Numbered from the stretch's first letter, positions 41,868 through 56,496 are shown. The stretch: 64,000 bases of DNA from Epiperipatus broadwayi (GCA_028023455.1 JAQFVV010000002.1:25978001-26042000), one strand, 5' to 3'. Numbers and translations are program-made. The notes: generated by a model not told the origin, from the sequence alone.

Positions 41868-43077
41868 TAATAACAGTTATGAACAAGCATAAGAAACAGT
41901 GACCATGTGATGTTTAGTGGTTATTCTAAATACGAATGCTCACCAAAGCATACATTAATAATTACAAAGACATTATTGATAGAATTGTGAAACAATTGTC
42001 CATTTTATTAACTGTAAATTGTGAAAATGATACAATTTAATGACAATTCAAAAATGAAAACATTTTTTTTTCTTTATAGAAAAAAGACTGTACAGTTGGA
42101 GGAAGAAAAACAACAATAAAATTAATGATGGCTTAATGTTTTTTTTTTTTTAAAAAAAAAATTCCCCAATAGGAAAGTGTGACAAAAACATCCTTAATTT
42201 TATTGCAACTTTAAAAAAAAAAAAAAAAATCCCATATATTTTAATTATGAAAAAATGAGTCTTTAATCACTAGTCAAATGGAAATAATCCCCCTCCCCCC
42301 ATAAGTGATTTATAGCTGTATACATATATATATTTTCTTTGGATAGAATTAATTCAACTGTTTCACGTTTCTAATAAACGGAAGGTTTTTAATTTTTTTC
42401 ACTTTTTTTCCTTTTTACAGTAATTACAGCAAAACAAGAATGAAAACAAAGACCAATAGAAAAGTACAGAAGTAGGATCGGCTTAGAATTTTTTTCATTT
42501 TTATTTTTGTAGAAACTGGCGCAGAAAGAGAAATTACATTAAGAAACCTGGAATGAACTTCCTCTTTCGTTATCATTAAGGAGAAATGAAAAGCAAGTCA
42601 ACAAATAGACTTTGAAAGTTTTCCCATAAAATCTATCTAATATTACATACTGTTTTATAAACGTTTAAGAATAAGTAAACAAGGGTTTATTTTATAATGG
42701 CTCCACTCAAATTAATTAATTAAAAATGGTACACTAGTGAAAACAGTCACAAAATCCATCACTACTTGCTTAATTTCTCATCTCTGCTGCCATGAGTTAA
42801 TTATTTTTTTTGTTAAACAGCCTGGAAGATGGCAGAACATGGACAAGAGGAAAGGAAAAAAAAAAGATCAAATGTGGGTTTCCGAAAATAATTATAAAGC
42901 TGCTTTTTTTTTGTTTTCTGCTGAATTTAACATGAGTGTTTTAAAGATTGGATTGAAAAGTAAAACAAAACACTACCAAGAATTTATTTTTATTTTGTTT
43001 CTTTGAATTTGTGTTTTTTTTTTTTGCCCCAGTGAATGTCTATGCACAAAAGGATTTACAGCAAAATAATAAAGTCA

Positions 43078-43344
<267 letters not shown>

Positions 43345-43599
43345 TTATTTTTAAGACTGTCAAGTAAACGGACCATACAAACGGAATATAACTTGTGCGC
43401 GTTATTTTACAATTGCAAATTAACTAAATAAATAGAAGCCTAATGGCAGATCTAACAAAATTTTGAACAATCAACTTCAAATTTTTCAGATACAAACTTT
43501 TTATTAAGTCATAATATAAGGGGAAAAATATGTAGGGAAAACCCAAAAGAATAAGCTATATAAGAAACATTCGAACTATTAAAGTATTATAAGTAACTG

Positions 43600-44300
43600 A
43601 TGGTCCAAAATATATGGGCTGCCACATTATTAGTCCTATGGCAAATGATGAAAAAATTGTTAAAAGAATTTTAGTTATACCTATTTAAAATAGATAGCCA
43701 GGTAGAGGTGGATTTCAAGCACAGATGTTTGATGAGAAAAACAAAAAAAAAATTATCATAATTTTAAAAACAAAAGTAATGTTTTTAGCAAAAGGTAGAT
43801 AGAGAAACAGTGAGCAGCTTTAAATCAATCCCTTCAAATTGAGATTCCCTAAAAGAAAATATTAAAATGTGTAACCTACCATTAAAATACTTGAACGTCA
43901 CATAATCGACTGCTTAAGTAATAATCCATGATTTGATTTTTATTCATTTATGTTTTTATAAAAACTAGTAGTATAATATTTATTAAATATAGTTTAAATG
44001 AATATTTTGGTATGTCTTCAGTCACAAACATTATTGAAATCACTGTTTCAATGTTTATTTCACTAAAATGCTTGATAACTGATACCATAATTAACATTAT
44101 ATAATATTGTACTTCAATAAAGAACAATTCTCTTTGATTGTACATTTTGAAAAAAAAATACTTGATATTTTTTCGTTTGTTTTTTGTTCTATTTGCAATT
44201 ACTGTTTTATTCACCATAACTGGAGAGTTATTAAATATATAATAATACTTCAAGATTTAACGCTATTGACTTTTTTTTTACAATTTATATTTTTATAACA
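43600..44300 (-). mobile_element. Possible very decayed Mutator-like (MULE) transposase relic
   Basis: Scattered minus-strand fragments (IMDYY, SQFEGIDLK, RTNNVA) loosely follow MULE motif order; no intact frame. Confidence 0.25.
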
Positions 44301-44469
44301 TCTTTTATATTTTGTTGCATTATTTCAATATTTTAGATTGATTTAATAGTGCAACATTTTTAAACCGTCTTATTAAAATATATCAAACTCTCAGATTACT
44401 TTTTTTTTAAAAAATATATCTGGAACAATAGCCCATTCATTATTAAGAAACTTACTGTTTACCTTAATA

Positions 44470-45046
44470 GCAGCTTAAGAAAAAAGAGTTTAGTTCAAGT
44501 GATGATGAAATAGAACCAGCTAGCTATAAAGTAGAAATGAAAAATATTCTTCGACAATCCCAAAGTTTCTGAGAATTGGAACATAGGTGACCCTGAATTG
44601 CAATTCTTCAAACTGTTTTTTAATGATACCTTCCTCCAAAATATTGTCAGGGAAACTACTCTAGGTTGATCCTATATATCAAAAAAGTGTACAGATGATA
44701 TTGCAAGGCAATATTAAAATGCCATATTAAGAATAGACTTTGTCAAAAAAAATAAAACATTAATTATTTGTTATATAATTAGAAAGAAATTTAATTAAAA
44801 CATTTTAACTATAATTAATTTATCCTTTTTTCCCTGTATGGTTAAAATTATTACACAGAATGAAATATTTAAAAATAACAAATATGAGAGCAAATCACAG
44901 AGAATCCCACCCTTTTTACGTATCACTATTTTGTTTCTTTACTTACACAGAAATGTTTTGGGACTTTTATCATTGTATTTGCGGCAAGCCAGTACAGGAA
45001 TCGGAGATATTTATCTCTGAAGGTATCAAAATACACATAGGGTTAA
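44470..45046 (+). mobile_element. piggyBac-like internally deleted relic with right end
   Basis: EFSSSDDEIE..PELQFFKLFFNDTFLQNIVRET (piggyBac N-terminal FxLFFxD..IV.ET motif) and CFFTYTEMFWDFYH (resembles the C-terminal Cys-rich end); ends ...catagGG TTAA (45040-45046). Left TIR not found. Confidence 0.6.
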
Positions 45047-45329
45047 TTAATGACCTCATTGATCTTATTATTTGTATATGTCTTCAGGTAAATAATTATC
45101 AATATCTTTTTTGTTAATATTTGAATTGTAACATCATCATACTGCATATTTGTAGTTATAGCAATTGTTATATATATACATTTCATTAAATGGATGTTTT
45201 ATTTAATCTATTTGTTTATTCTGAATTTCGTATTCCAATTGACTAGATAATTCAATTGGCACAATTAAAGAGTCTAAAACCTAATTGTAATTGAATATTT
45301 TTATTTATTATTAATAATGGTTTCAATAA

Positions 45330-48300
45330 TACAAATTCTGATTGCAGAGTTTGACATGAAACAGAAAAGTTTTTTTCTATTTAACAATATTAAAAAAGAC
45401 CATATAAATATAGCCATGTTGTTGGGATTCACCATTTTAACTGATGGAACCAGAAAGTTTTCCTTTTTCAAAGAATACAATATGGCTCTCAGAGATTTGG
45501 TTAAAAATTGTGCCTACAATCAATTTCTAAAAGGGCCTTTTAGAACAGTTGTTTTAGAGCATATCCAAAATTAAATTAGACAGAAATGACTTACAGAAAC
45601 AGACTTAAGTTATAAAAAATCCACTAAAAAATGTATTGATTAGGCCAAAAAGTATTTAAACATCAATCATACTGTAAATCGGTATCATAAAATTAAAAAA
45701 AAACTTTTAAACAAAAACACAGCAGTGTAAGCGTAGTAAATTTAACTATTATTGTTATAGTAATCAAGATAACTATATGAACTGCAGGCTAAAGGGGCAT
45801 CTAGCGACAGTATGTTAAAATAGAAATTGTAAACTGTGTAGAATGAATCAACAGAATCAGAGTTTTTCTACAATGAAATAGTAAAAAAAATTATCTGCGT
45901 ATTTTTGCACATATCCGTCTAAGCACATTACAAAAGTTATACTCCAGAGGTAAAAGGAGAAACTTCCAAAGAATACTATATGGCTCTCAGAGGTTTGCTA
46001 AGAATTATGTCTACAGTCAATTTCTGGAAGAGGCTCTTTAAAAACAATTGTTTTGAAACATGTCCAAAATTGAATTTAGAGAGCAACTACTTGCAAATAT
46101 AGACCTAAAGTATAAAGAAGCTATTAAGAGTTATCACACATGAATTAATGATTGACCAAATGAAAGAGTATTTAGACATCAACCATATATAAATCGATAT
46201 CATACCATTTAAAAAAAAAAAACTTTTGAACAAAAAAAAATGTAACAAAACCATAGCAGACTCTATTTAACTGTTATTACTACAGTAAGCCAGGACTCAG
46301 AGTTCATAACTGTTTGCATAATCAAGAGAACTGCATCAACAGTGGGATAAAGAGCTATCTATCAACAATATGTTGTAAATCTAAATCGGAGAGAAAAACG
46401 CAAAAACCAACAAAGAATACTAATTGCAGTAAAGCAGAACTTCTTAGGCTCCAAACGTTAAAAGAAGGCAAATGTTTTAATATGGAGATTGACAGCAGCT
46501 CAGGTGTTTCATTAAAGTCTCTTAAAGATTGGAAAACACAAATCTCCAAAAACTGAAAAAGACTAACTTGAGAGCTACGACATAAATGACAATTATTGCG
46601 GAAATTATAGGAATTGTTGAAGTACAATTAAACATGAAAAGCCCTAAGTTACTCTTGTGCAGTGTTTTCCTGAAGGTTTGTGATGATGGTATTTCAGTTG
46701 TATTTTATACATTGGACTAGTGACAGTGCTAGCATGGAAATCAAACCTGGACCTTTAGATTCTTGAATACTGAATTTTAAGATAACATTCTAACCAAATG
46801 AATCATCCAGCCAAAGGCAACAGTCAGTAGAAATGTCATATACTTATGTACGAGATTCCTCCTGATTTCTCCATTTTTTCCTACAAGCGAAGTTGATTAT
46901 AGTCACACTAGGTTGACTTATGGGATTGTTCGTTATTGTCATGTGATCAGCTTCTTTAAATTTTCTGCTTTGTACCATTTCTTTGCTATCCAATATTTTT
47001 GTATTTTCCCCAATTGAATATGTGTTCATTCATGCATTCAATACATATATCAGATCGTGGAAATAATTCAATATATAAATACAACTCTTGTACACAGTTT
47101 TCAAAAAAATATATCCATTATCAGGCTGGAATTGGTTTAAATTTTTCAATATAAGCATCAATGTCATAAAACAAATTAACATTGAAAAAAAAATCCAAAG
47201 TAAATTTCCGAATCTATTCAAGATAAAATTGGAGAAGGTAAAACAATATCTGTTCAATCAGAAATAAAAAAACCTCAGTCCCAATCATGTATAAAGCATG
47301 AAAAGTGCCATTTGTGCAAAACAAGAGTATAAGCATTTAATGATTTAATTCGGAAGGCTATAACGAATCAAATCAAAAATTCAGAGTGTATTACTACTGT
47401 GATAATTAACAAATAAAATGATAAAATATGAATTTGTGGAGACTATTGGATGACAATAAAAACATGTAAAAGTGCATACCCAGTACCTCATGCAATTGAG
47501 ATCTTAGCTTTCAAATCATTGCACTTGGCCAAACTCAATCTTCACATTGAATTTCATCAAACAACTGTGAATAAAGAGATCTCCAAATTATTGACAAATT
47601 ACAATCCACTTGGGACTGTTTAATTATAACTGTCTTTCACTTTGGGATATCTGTGGCACCAAACATTTTCCAAGCAAAGATAGAAACATTGCTAAATGGA
47701 TGAGAAGTAATATGTTATTTTAATGACATATTAATTACAGTTAACTATAAAACAGCCTCAGAAAGACAGTGATTAAAGCATGTAATAGGCTCAAAGGATT
47801 TGGGGCAACATTAAATGCAGATAAATGTATATGAAATACAAAAAAGTTAAAATTTGGGGTCACATCATATCACATGATGAAAAAATCTGGCACCTGATAA
47901 CGTTGAAGCAGTTAAAAACACATCTAGACCAAAAAATGTAAAAAATTTCAAGCATGTTTGGGACTGAGCAATTATTTCAAAGTTTTTCCTTAAGCGAAAA
48001 GAACATGTGGCTCAATCAGAGGACAAACTGCTGAAGAAAAATCCAAAATGAGAATGATCAACCACCCAAGAGAATGCTTTCGTTAAAACAAAGTCTCTGT
48101 TGACACTAAATAAATTGCCAATGTATGTACAAAACAAGAAGATCCATAGCATATATATCACAAATGTTGTGTAATGCAGAAAGGAATTAAGAGTCGGCTT
48201 GATCAGTATTTATATGGATGTCATTTTACAGCCCTAACCGATCACAAACCGTTGCTAGGCATATCGGAAAAGGTCAAATCCATCCCAGATCATCTCAGCC

Positions 48301-48770
48301 CATGTATGCTGTGTTGAATCACTTTCCTTTCAGCTTATAACTACAAATTACACTATAAAAATTGCTGATAAATACAACATGATGCTATTTTATGAATGCC
48401 AGACAGAACAAAAGTAAAAACAGTACATGTGGATATCAATTATAAGAATATTGACAATCTCCATTCACAATTATTAAACTATAAATTAAATGAAGAGTGG
48501 ACAAGCAATGATCCAGGCATCAACTATTAATAAAGTGGACTAGTAAAGGCTGGCCCATTAAACGATTTCAGTTTTTGCCATTGTCTTTTTGGAATGTAAA
48601 TCTAAATCTGTTTGTATATAAAAAAAATGCATATTAAACAGGCATTAATAGTAATAAATTCCAATAGTCATAGAAAAGTACTCAAAATACTGAGCAACAA
48701 ACACCAAGGAGTAGTAGTGTGTGCTAAAACAAATTGCTAGAAAGTAAATGTAATGATAAAAAATACTTCA
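45330..48770 (+). mobile_element. Third Ty3/gypsy relic (gag x2, protease, RT, RNase H, integrase start), antisense in the UBE2D last intron
   Basis: KEYNMALRDLVKNCAYNQFL (gag, present twice), MEIDSSSGVSL (protease), FGISVAPNIFQAKI, YFNDILI, LNADKC, GHIIS, LGLSNYF (RT), YLYGCHFTALTDHKPLLGI..AYNYKLHY (RNase H). Confidence 0.85.
46680..46812 (-). mobile_element. Decayed tRNA-derived SINE inserted in the gypsy relic
   Basis: Minus strand GGCTGGATGATTCATTTGGTTAGAATG (A-box-like) ... GGTCCAGGTTTGATTTCC (B-box-like). Confidence 0.55.
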
Positions 48771-49473
48771 GGAAAGTATTTATGAAGATATTTACTGTTT
48801 AAATTTTAAAAATTTATATATTTTTTCAACTGTTGAACCATTATAGATTTTATATCAACAAAGGTGATAATGGGACATGTATTAGAGGTGGGGGGAGGGG
48901 ATTTTGATAATAGTGACAGATAAGTTTGACTTCCTATAGAACTTTTTATATTTTAAAATATCAATAGATAGAATTTGTGAATGCCATCGAATTGTTTTTA
49001 TTTCAGAATGTACATTAGAAATGTTAAAAAAAAAAAAAAATTTTTTTAGGTAGTAGTTTGTTGGACAAAGACGCCATTTGATGGCACTAGTAAGTCCATC
49101 ATGAAAATAATGGCCAAATAAAGGCTTAAAGCTACATTATAAACTTTAATAAGCAAATATAAAATAATAAATTCTTATATCATTTACATAGAACTAAAAA
49201 ATAAAAAGTATATATAATTTCAAAATCTAAATTAAAAAAAGAAAAATCACTTGATCATATATAATGTTATAACTCAAACATTTTACATTCACTTCATTAT
49301 GAATTAAGGCCAAAAATATTGAAAGAAAAAGGAAGCATATTCAGATTATACCAGAATTAATCTTTCATGCTTCAAATAAACTTTCATTCTATAATAGTGG
49401 CAATAAAATAAAAACCTAAATATACTAAGTTTGCACATTAATTATTAGGGTTATTTCCTGTGAATTTTTTCTA

Positions 49474-49641
<168 letters not shown>

Positions 49642-52339
49642 CTAAAATAAAGATTGATATTAAAATAACCAATGACTTCACATACATATAAAGTATGAAA
49701 ATTTAAAATTATTTTAAGTAAACCATACATACATATTTCATATTATTACTGACATTATTACAAAAGATTTCATCAAATTAGTAAATTACAAACCGACATA
49801 TGCCTAGCAAAATAAGCACTTATCTTAAAATTCTAATCAATAATTTTTTTTTTTAATACCATACTTAAAATTATGATCTATGACAAAATTTCATTCAATT
49901 CAGATATAGACATAAATATGTATATGCTATTCATAACAAATTAATCAGGTGTCTTGAGTTTGATCAAATTCAAAAATATGAGTGGGAGAAAAATAAAATA
50001 AAAAAAAAGTAATATATAGTTCAAAAGCATTTTAATTATTGGGAAAACAAGCGAAATACTTATACTCAAAACTATAAAAATTGGTTAGAGCAACCAAGTA
50101 TTACAAATATATATATATACATTTTGAGAACTGCCTAGTTTGTCCAGTAAAAATAAAATGGAAGAAATTGAATTAATCAAAAAATGTTTAGTGATTTAAG
50201 CATATTAATAACATAGATTTGTAAATGCATTGTAGTTATTAATTTTAGATCAAATATAGAGTTATGTTACAATGAAGACTTAACCTTTTTAACATGAAGA
50301 GTCATTTTGTTTAAATATTTCAACCAAAAAAATTAAAACAGCTGCAAGGAAGGAGGTGAAAAATGAATTGATGAAAATAAGGATTTCTGAGTGATTGTGG
50401 TTAATCAAATCAGTGTACATATAATGGAAATCAAAATTCTCTTAAAAATAAAGGACAAAAATTGCTTTTGTAAAAATTTGATTTATTCAGAAATTTTTAT
50501 TATTTAAGCATAGCAATTATAATTTTATAATAGAGCTGACTCCAAAGAGCAACAGAGACAAGCACATTTTTTTCCTTCCTATATATTTATTTACAAATTA
50601 TAAGTAAAAATAAAAGATATGTTTATATTTATTATAAGAAAAAAAGCCGTAAATTTGGGATTAAAGAGCCATATGCAGAGTATGCGCTGCAGATTGCCAA
50701 TCTTTGTTTTAAGATAAATATTAAAATTTAACATTTTTTTTCAATAACAAAATTTATATATCAAATATAAAGATAAACTATGAATATTATGATGGCAGAC
50801 ATTTTTGCCACATAAAATACTTAGTTCTCAATTTAGTCCATATAATATTTTCTTTAACAGTCCAGAGTTTGTTAAAAATTATTCCCTTAGGCGCATAGTA
50901 TACTGTAATAATTTAGGATATAAGCCATAAAAACTGAATTTGAAATCTGATATCAAAAAAAAAATTTCCAAACAAAAACCTGATAAAAATGGCAGATATG
51001 TAAATGCTAAAACTAATCTCTTAACTTAATTTGCTTATCCTTTTCTATCTCTAGCAGTAAAAGAGTTACTATTTTTATTTTTTTATCTAGATGTGTATAT
51101 TATAGATAAAAGTCATAAAAACAAAATCTAAAATCTGACAATGGTGGCATTAAAAAAAAAATATTTCACAACAAAAAAACTATTCAAAGTAGCAGATATG
51201 CAAATATTAAGTGCTAAATAGACGAATGCTATTGACAGAAATAAAATAATATTATAACAAGTACTAATAGCTTATTTAGCAACATGTTAGCTTTCAATAA
51301 AATATTAGATTTCTCAACTTATTTGGGTTTAGTTTGTTATCTGCAATTTGTTCAACTTTATTAGGTTTTCTTTTTTTTTTGATCTTTCCATATGTATATA
51401 AATATTAATTTCAATCGTGAGCCAGAAAATAGTATCAAAAAATGAAGTACTGGGTGGAGGGGAAAACATTTCTAAAAGAAAGCTGTCAAATAATCTATAA
51501 TTTAAATTTAACATGCAGTATGATTAAATCAACAATCTACACCATTTTATAAAAATGGCAAATTAAAAAGTGTACATATAGTGACGAGGATTTCAGCTTC
51601 AATAGTTTATATTATATTACAGCACTAATGGAAACTTCTACACATCGCATGATCACCATTTCCTATGCTTACACAAGCTGTTAAAACAGCGACAAACTCT
51701 CCATACAATAGTAGCAGTTAAAAAATGTTTCTGCATAAAATCTCTATCTAAGTGCCTACTCATCCAATATCCCCAGACTTGGATTGAAAACAGTATTTGT
51801 TTTCATTTTGGACTCATAAATTTATAATTATCTAAAAAGGTACTGGAAGGTTGTCTTGGATCCTAAGATATAGGTACAGTGCTTTCAGATCCAAGGCATG
51901 TCACTGATGAAAGCCACAAGCTACCAACTAATCTGAAAATAATGGATGAGTAGGGACTATAGGGATTTTATACACAAATCTTGTCACATCCACTGATTAC
52001 TATGGCTTGCACTGGTTGGTACTAATGAATGAAGAATTTGTCACTCTTCTAATGGTAACTTGTTAAGTAATGTGAATTAATCAAAAGTAAATGACAGATA
52101 ATAATTCAATATGCAATCTATTGTGAAAAAGTTAACCAATTGAAAATTTTTTCTGTTCCCTACTACCCCAACTATCACTGCAACGGAGTTTACTGTCAAT
52201 AAAATATGTTTCACTGGATTCAGGAAAAGCATTTGATTATATTATTACAATGCATAGTGAAGTTTCTAGCACAAATAAGACCACTGCTGAATGTTATCTT
52301 ACAAAAAAAGCAAACAAACAGTAGTTTTAACATTTCTGT

Positions 52340-53155
52340 AGTGTAATTTTGACTATACCACTCTCATGCAAGGTAGGGACTAGTTTCTATCTGCTTTTAA
52401 CATTTTGTGGAGGAATGTAATCATAAACATATGAAACACATGAAAAAGATCTATGATCCCCAAGATGTACATTTTGTGCTGAACCAGCCCTCATCAGTTA
52501 GCCCAAACCACAATCTCTTACGCATAGCTTTACCATTGTTCAATATATATATAAATATAGGGATAAAAAATTGTTACAATTTATTTGATAAGTGTCAAAC
52601 GTGATACCCTCATAACTTTGATACCAATCAATAATGAAATAATATTAATAATTTTTATCAGTTATTCATTAGACTAGATTATCCAACAATGAATAACATA
52701 CAGTGATAAAGATATGTGTAAGAGATTAAGGCCTAGGACGTCTTTGATCATATATTTATGATTACATCCCTCCCCATTGTTGGATAATCTCTAGTCAAAT
52801 GAATTACTAATAAAAATTATTAATATTTTTTCATTAAGTGATTGGTGTCAAAGTTGTGAGGGCAGCACATTTGACACATCAAATAAACTATAGTAATTTT
52901 CTATATATATATATACAGAATAATGAGAAGATAGATTAAGAGATTGCAGCTGGGGCGACTGATTGGGAAGTGCTTAGGGATCATAGATCATTTTCACATG
53001 TCTTTGATCATATGTTTATGTTTACATCTCTAAACAAGATGTAGAAATCAGACCCTATCTTGCGTGAGAGTGGTGTAGTAAAAATTACATTCTGGAAATG
53101 TTATTCATTGCTGGATAATCTCTAGTCTAATGAATGACTAATAAAAATTATTAAA
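52340..53155. repeat. Inverted plus tandem repeat locus (~330-bp unit) with a decayed hammerhead core
   Basis: 52340-52695 is the reverse complement of ~52775-53095. cattg.tggataatctctagtc recurs at ~52776 and ~53107. Minus strand CTGATGA-GGGC-TGGTTCA-GCAC-AAAA at 52472-52497. Confidence 0.8.
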
Positions 53156-54479
53156 CAGTAGTTTGTTTTTAATTTTATACTTTAAAGATGGATTTTAATT
53201 TTCTTTAAAATGATTGTGCAATATATATATATATAGCAATTAGTTGTATACATATTTTTAAAGTAGCATTTTTGATTTTTCTTGTTTCATAATTTTGGTT
53301 TAAGCCACAGAATGGAATAGAATACCTCTAAGCACATGTATTTCAATGTAAACTATACCAACAATGATATAATGAATGGCATTTTGGAATAAATTAATTA
53401 GTTTTAGTAGTCTCTATAGTATTCTGACTTTCTTTTACGGGAATGTAGTTTCAGTGAAACATTTGCTGACATTTTTTTTTTTTTTTTAGAACTTTACAGA
53501 TATAATTTATATGAAATCATCACCAATATATGCAAAAATCACCAACAAACTGAACATTAATAAAAATAATTTTTTTTTGACAAAATGAAAGTGTGCATTA
53601 AGTTAATTGTCAATCAGATAAAATCATACGATCTTTAATAATATTGCTAAAATAAATATCGTTTTTATTATTCAATATATAGTAGAAACAAATTATTTCA
53701 TAAATAATACAAAATTAAAAAAAAAAAATCATTAAATTAAAAAAATATACTCATCTTCCATATTTTAATGATAAAAGTGAAAACACTAAATGATTATATA
53801 TTAGACACACACAATCGTAAGTGTATTAACAATTAAAAAATGGCAAATGAACTGGGCATTTTAAAGCCGTAAAAGAAGTCTTAAAGTAGATATTTGAGTA
53901 TAAAAACTAGTAATCTACTAATGTGAAAAAATAATTGTGTCGAGTATCTCATAACAGAATTTCACTGGAAAAACTATTAATCGTAATACATGAATTTAAT
54001 ATAGCACATTTTAGAATACAATTTATATAATATAAACTGCATTAATTATAGTGCAGACACCCCTCCCCATTTGATGGCACCATCTGTTTCAAAAAAGTTT
54101 TGTGCTTTTCCAGTTTAAATCTTTTGGGGGTGAAATAAAAAGCCTTTAAAAGGTCACCATTGATGAAAATAAATTTTTTAAAAGATTTGAATCATCAAAT
54201 CTAATACTTTATGCATTTTACTGATTCTGAAAAGGAATTTCATAAGATTAAACTGAGTTATTTATATTGTATATTTGAGACAGGAGTGGAGGTTGAAATG
54301 AAAGACATTGTGTATGCAGATCAAAAGATTTCTGTGTAAGATTGAATAATATTATTGCAGAAGAGATAAATAAAAGGAGAGGTGAAAGAAAGGAATGTTA
54401 TGTAGTTCATTCAAATGGATTTCCAAATTAATATTGCCTTGATAAGAATGGCATAGTCATTGGGATAGAAATGTTATTT

Positions 54480-55080
54480 ATTGATAAATATGGATATTTC
54501 TGCGTATACCAAGTTAAACATAATGTTAGCAGAGTTAATGAAATTTATATAAATTTTAAAATAAAAATAAATAGGCAATAATTATGAATGTAATGACAAC
54601 TGGCCATGTTAAATATTTAGGCAGTTATTTATTTGGTGTTAAAAATAATTAACAAAAATAAAATGAAAAAATTGCAATGGGAAATAAGCTTTAATAAGTA
54701 TAAATCATTCTGAACCCATTAAATTTAAAAATAAGAAGTAATAAATATTTTTTTGGAATGCGGCTTTATACAGAGTAGAGACTTGGACAATTAGAAATAA
54801 AAAGATTAGAAGATTATGAGGTTGGATTTGAAAAAAAAAAGAAAGAAAATTGGCAATGTTGAAATATTGATCTAAGTAAATGAAAAAATATTTATTGAGG
54901 AATTATAAAAACACTTAGAAAAATTGAAATGGACATATATTTAGAATAAAAAATTGTGAAATATAAGTTAAAAAGATGTATGTATGTGGATGCTGGAAGA
55001 ATATGGGGAGTATGAAAAAAAAAATCTAATAGATGATTTTAAAAAATGGAATAGCTGAATTTTTTTAAAAATATAGAAAG
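54480..55080 (+). mobile_element. Very decayed RTE LINE 3' fragment
   Basis: FIYLG..KIAMGNKAFNKYK..FWNAALYRVETWTIR..RLEDYEV, the typical RTE post-RT region. Confidence 0.6.
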
Positions 55081-56496
55081 AAATAGAAAGACACGAAGAA
55101 AATTGTTGAATTGCTGCGTACATATATATATAAGGATTATTTTTTAATTCATTGATTATTTATAACACAATTATCTAATGTCATTTTGTCTAGACATATT
55201 TGAAATTTTAAAAAAATCGGTTCTACAACTTTGAATGATCCACACCGCTGGATAGAGCTGTTTCTACGCAAAAGCACAGAAAAAAGCTGTTTACAAGGCC
55301 GTTCATATATCTTACGGCCTGTAAACTGTTCAAACACCTAGACTTCCCCAACATCGCTAGCATGTGAATATTATCAGTGACGTGTTGTGAGTCTATTTAG
55401 ACGCTACTATTGAATATTCAATAGCGTATCGTATGAGTGTCTAATTGTAATCACGAAAAGTGTAACAGTATGCAATTCAAAGTTTTTCGTTTTAAATGTA
55501 TTGTAACTTGTATGAATAACAACACTACAAATTATAACTATTTCAAAAACATCTCTAATTTCCTTGTTAGGTGGCACAATTTAATAAATGAGGAGTGTAA
55601 ATCGCGATTCGGCAAAGTTCACACGAAAGTCGTGCAATTTGCAACAAGTTTTCAGTGAACTGTTATTGTTTGTGTTTATATAAAATCAAAGTTAATTTTT
55701 TTTTTTTTTTTTTTGGTTTTGCAAGCATTATTTTAAAAATAATGAAATTTTTTTAAATCAAAAAATGTAAATTGAAATTAAAAAATATTTTCCAAAAACA
55801 AAGGCATATTATATATATATTTTTTATGAATAAAAATAAATGTTTTTAAACTCTCATTAAATCAAAAAAAAAGACGAATGTTTTAATATATATAAAAGAA
55901 AAGTTTTTTTAAAAAAAAAAAAAAAAGATCGAAGGTTTTAAAAACCAAAAATAAAGTTATATTTGTTTTTAAAAAGTTAAAATAAACCCAGTAAAAAAAT
56001 TGAAAAAAATAGTTATAGATTTATTTTGGGGGAAAAAAACCCATTAAAAAATATAAAAAAAACCAGGTTAAAAAAAAAAAAAAAAAAATTATTTTAAAAA
56101 ATTATTTTTCTTTTAAAAAGCCATGTAATGTTATATCTATTTGTTTTCCAATAGCAACAGCGCCATCATGCTATGTGAATCGTCCAAAGTTGTACAATCA
56201 AAAAATCTAGAGAAATGCATTAATTTATTTTCTATTTATCCTAATCATTCAATATTTTTTTAAAAATCTTTTTAAATGTGTTCTCAAATGTATTATATAT
56301 TTAATAAATATTGGGTATTACCTTTTCCATTTATTTATAAAAATATATTGTATATTTTTACTTTAAATAACAAACTTTACACATAATGAAAATATTGAAT
56401 TACGAATATTATTTTAAAATCACTCATTGAAATATAATCATCTTATTTAAATATATTATAACTCAAAGAAGTTATAACATTCAATTAGTAACATAC

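Noticed and set aside
51900-51945. CTGATGA-aagccacaagct on +
   Set aside because: Only a 3-bp stem and no adjacent GAAA.
55680-56120. Dense homopolymer A/T stretch
   Set aside because: Looks like low-complexity or low-quality sequence; no interpretable structure.
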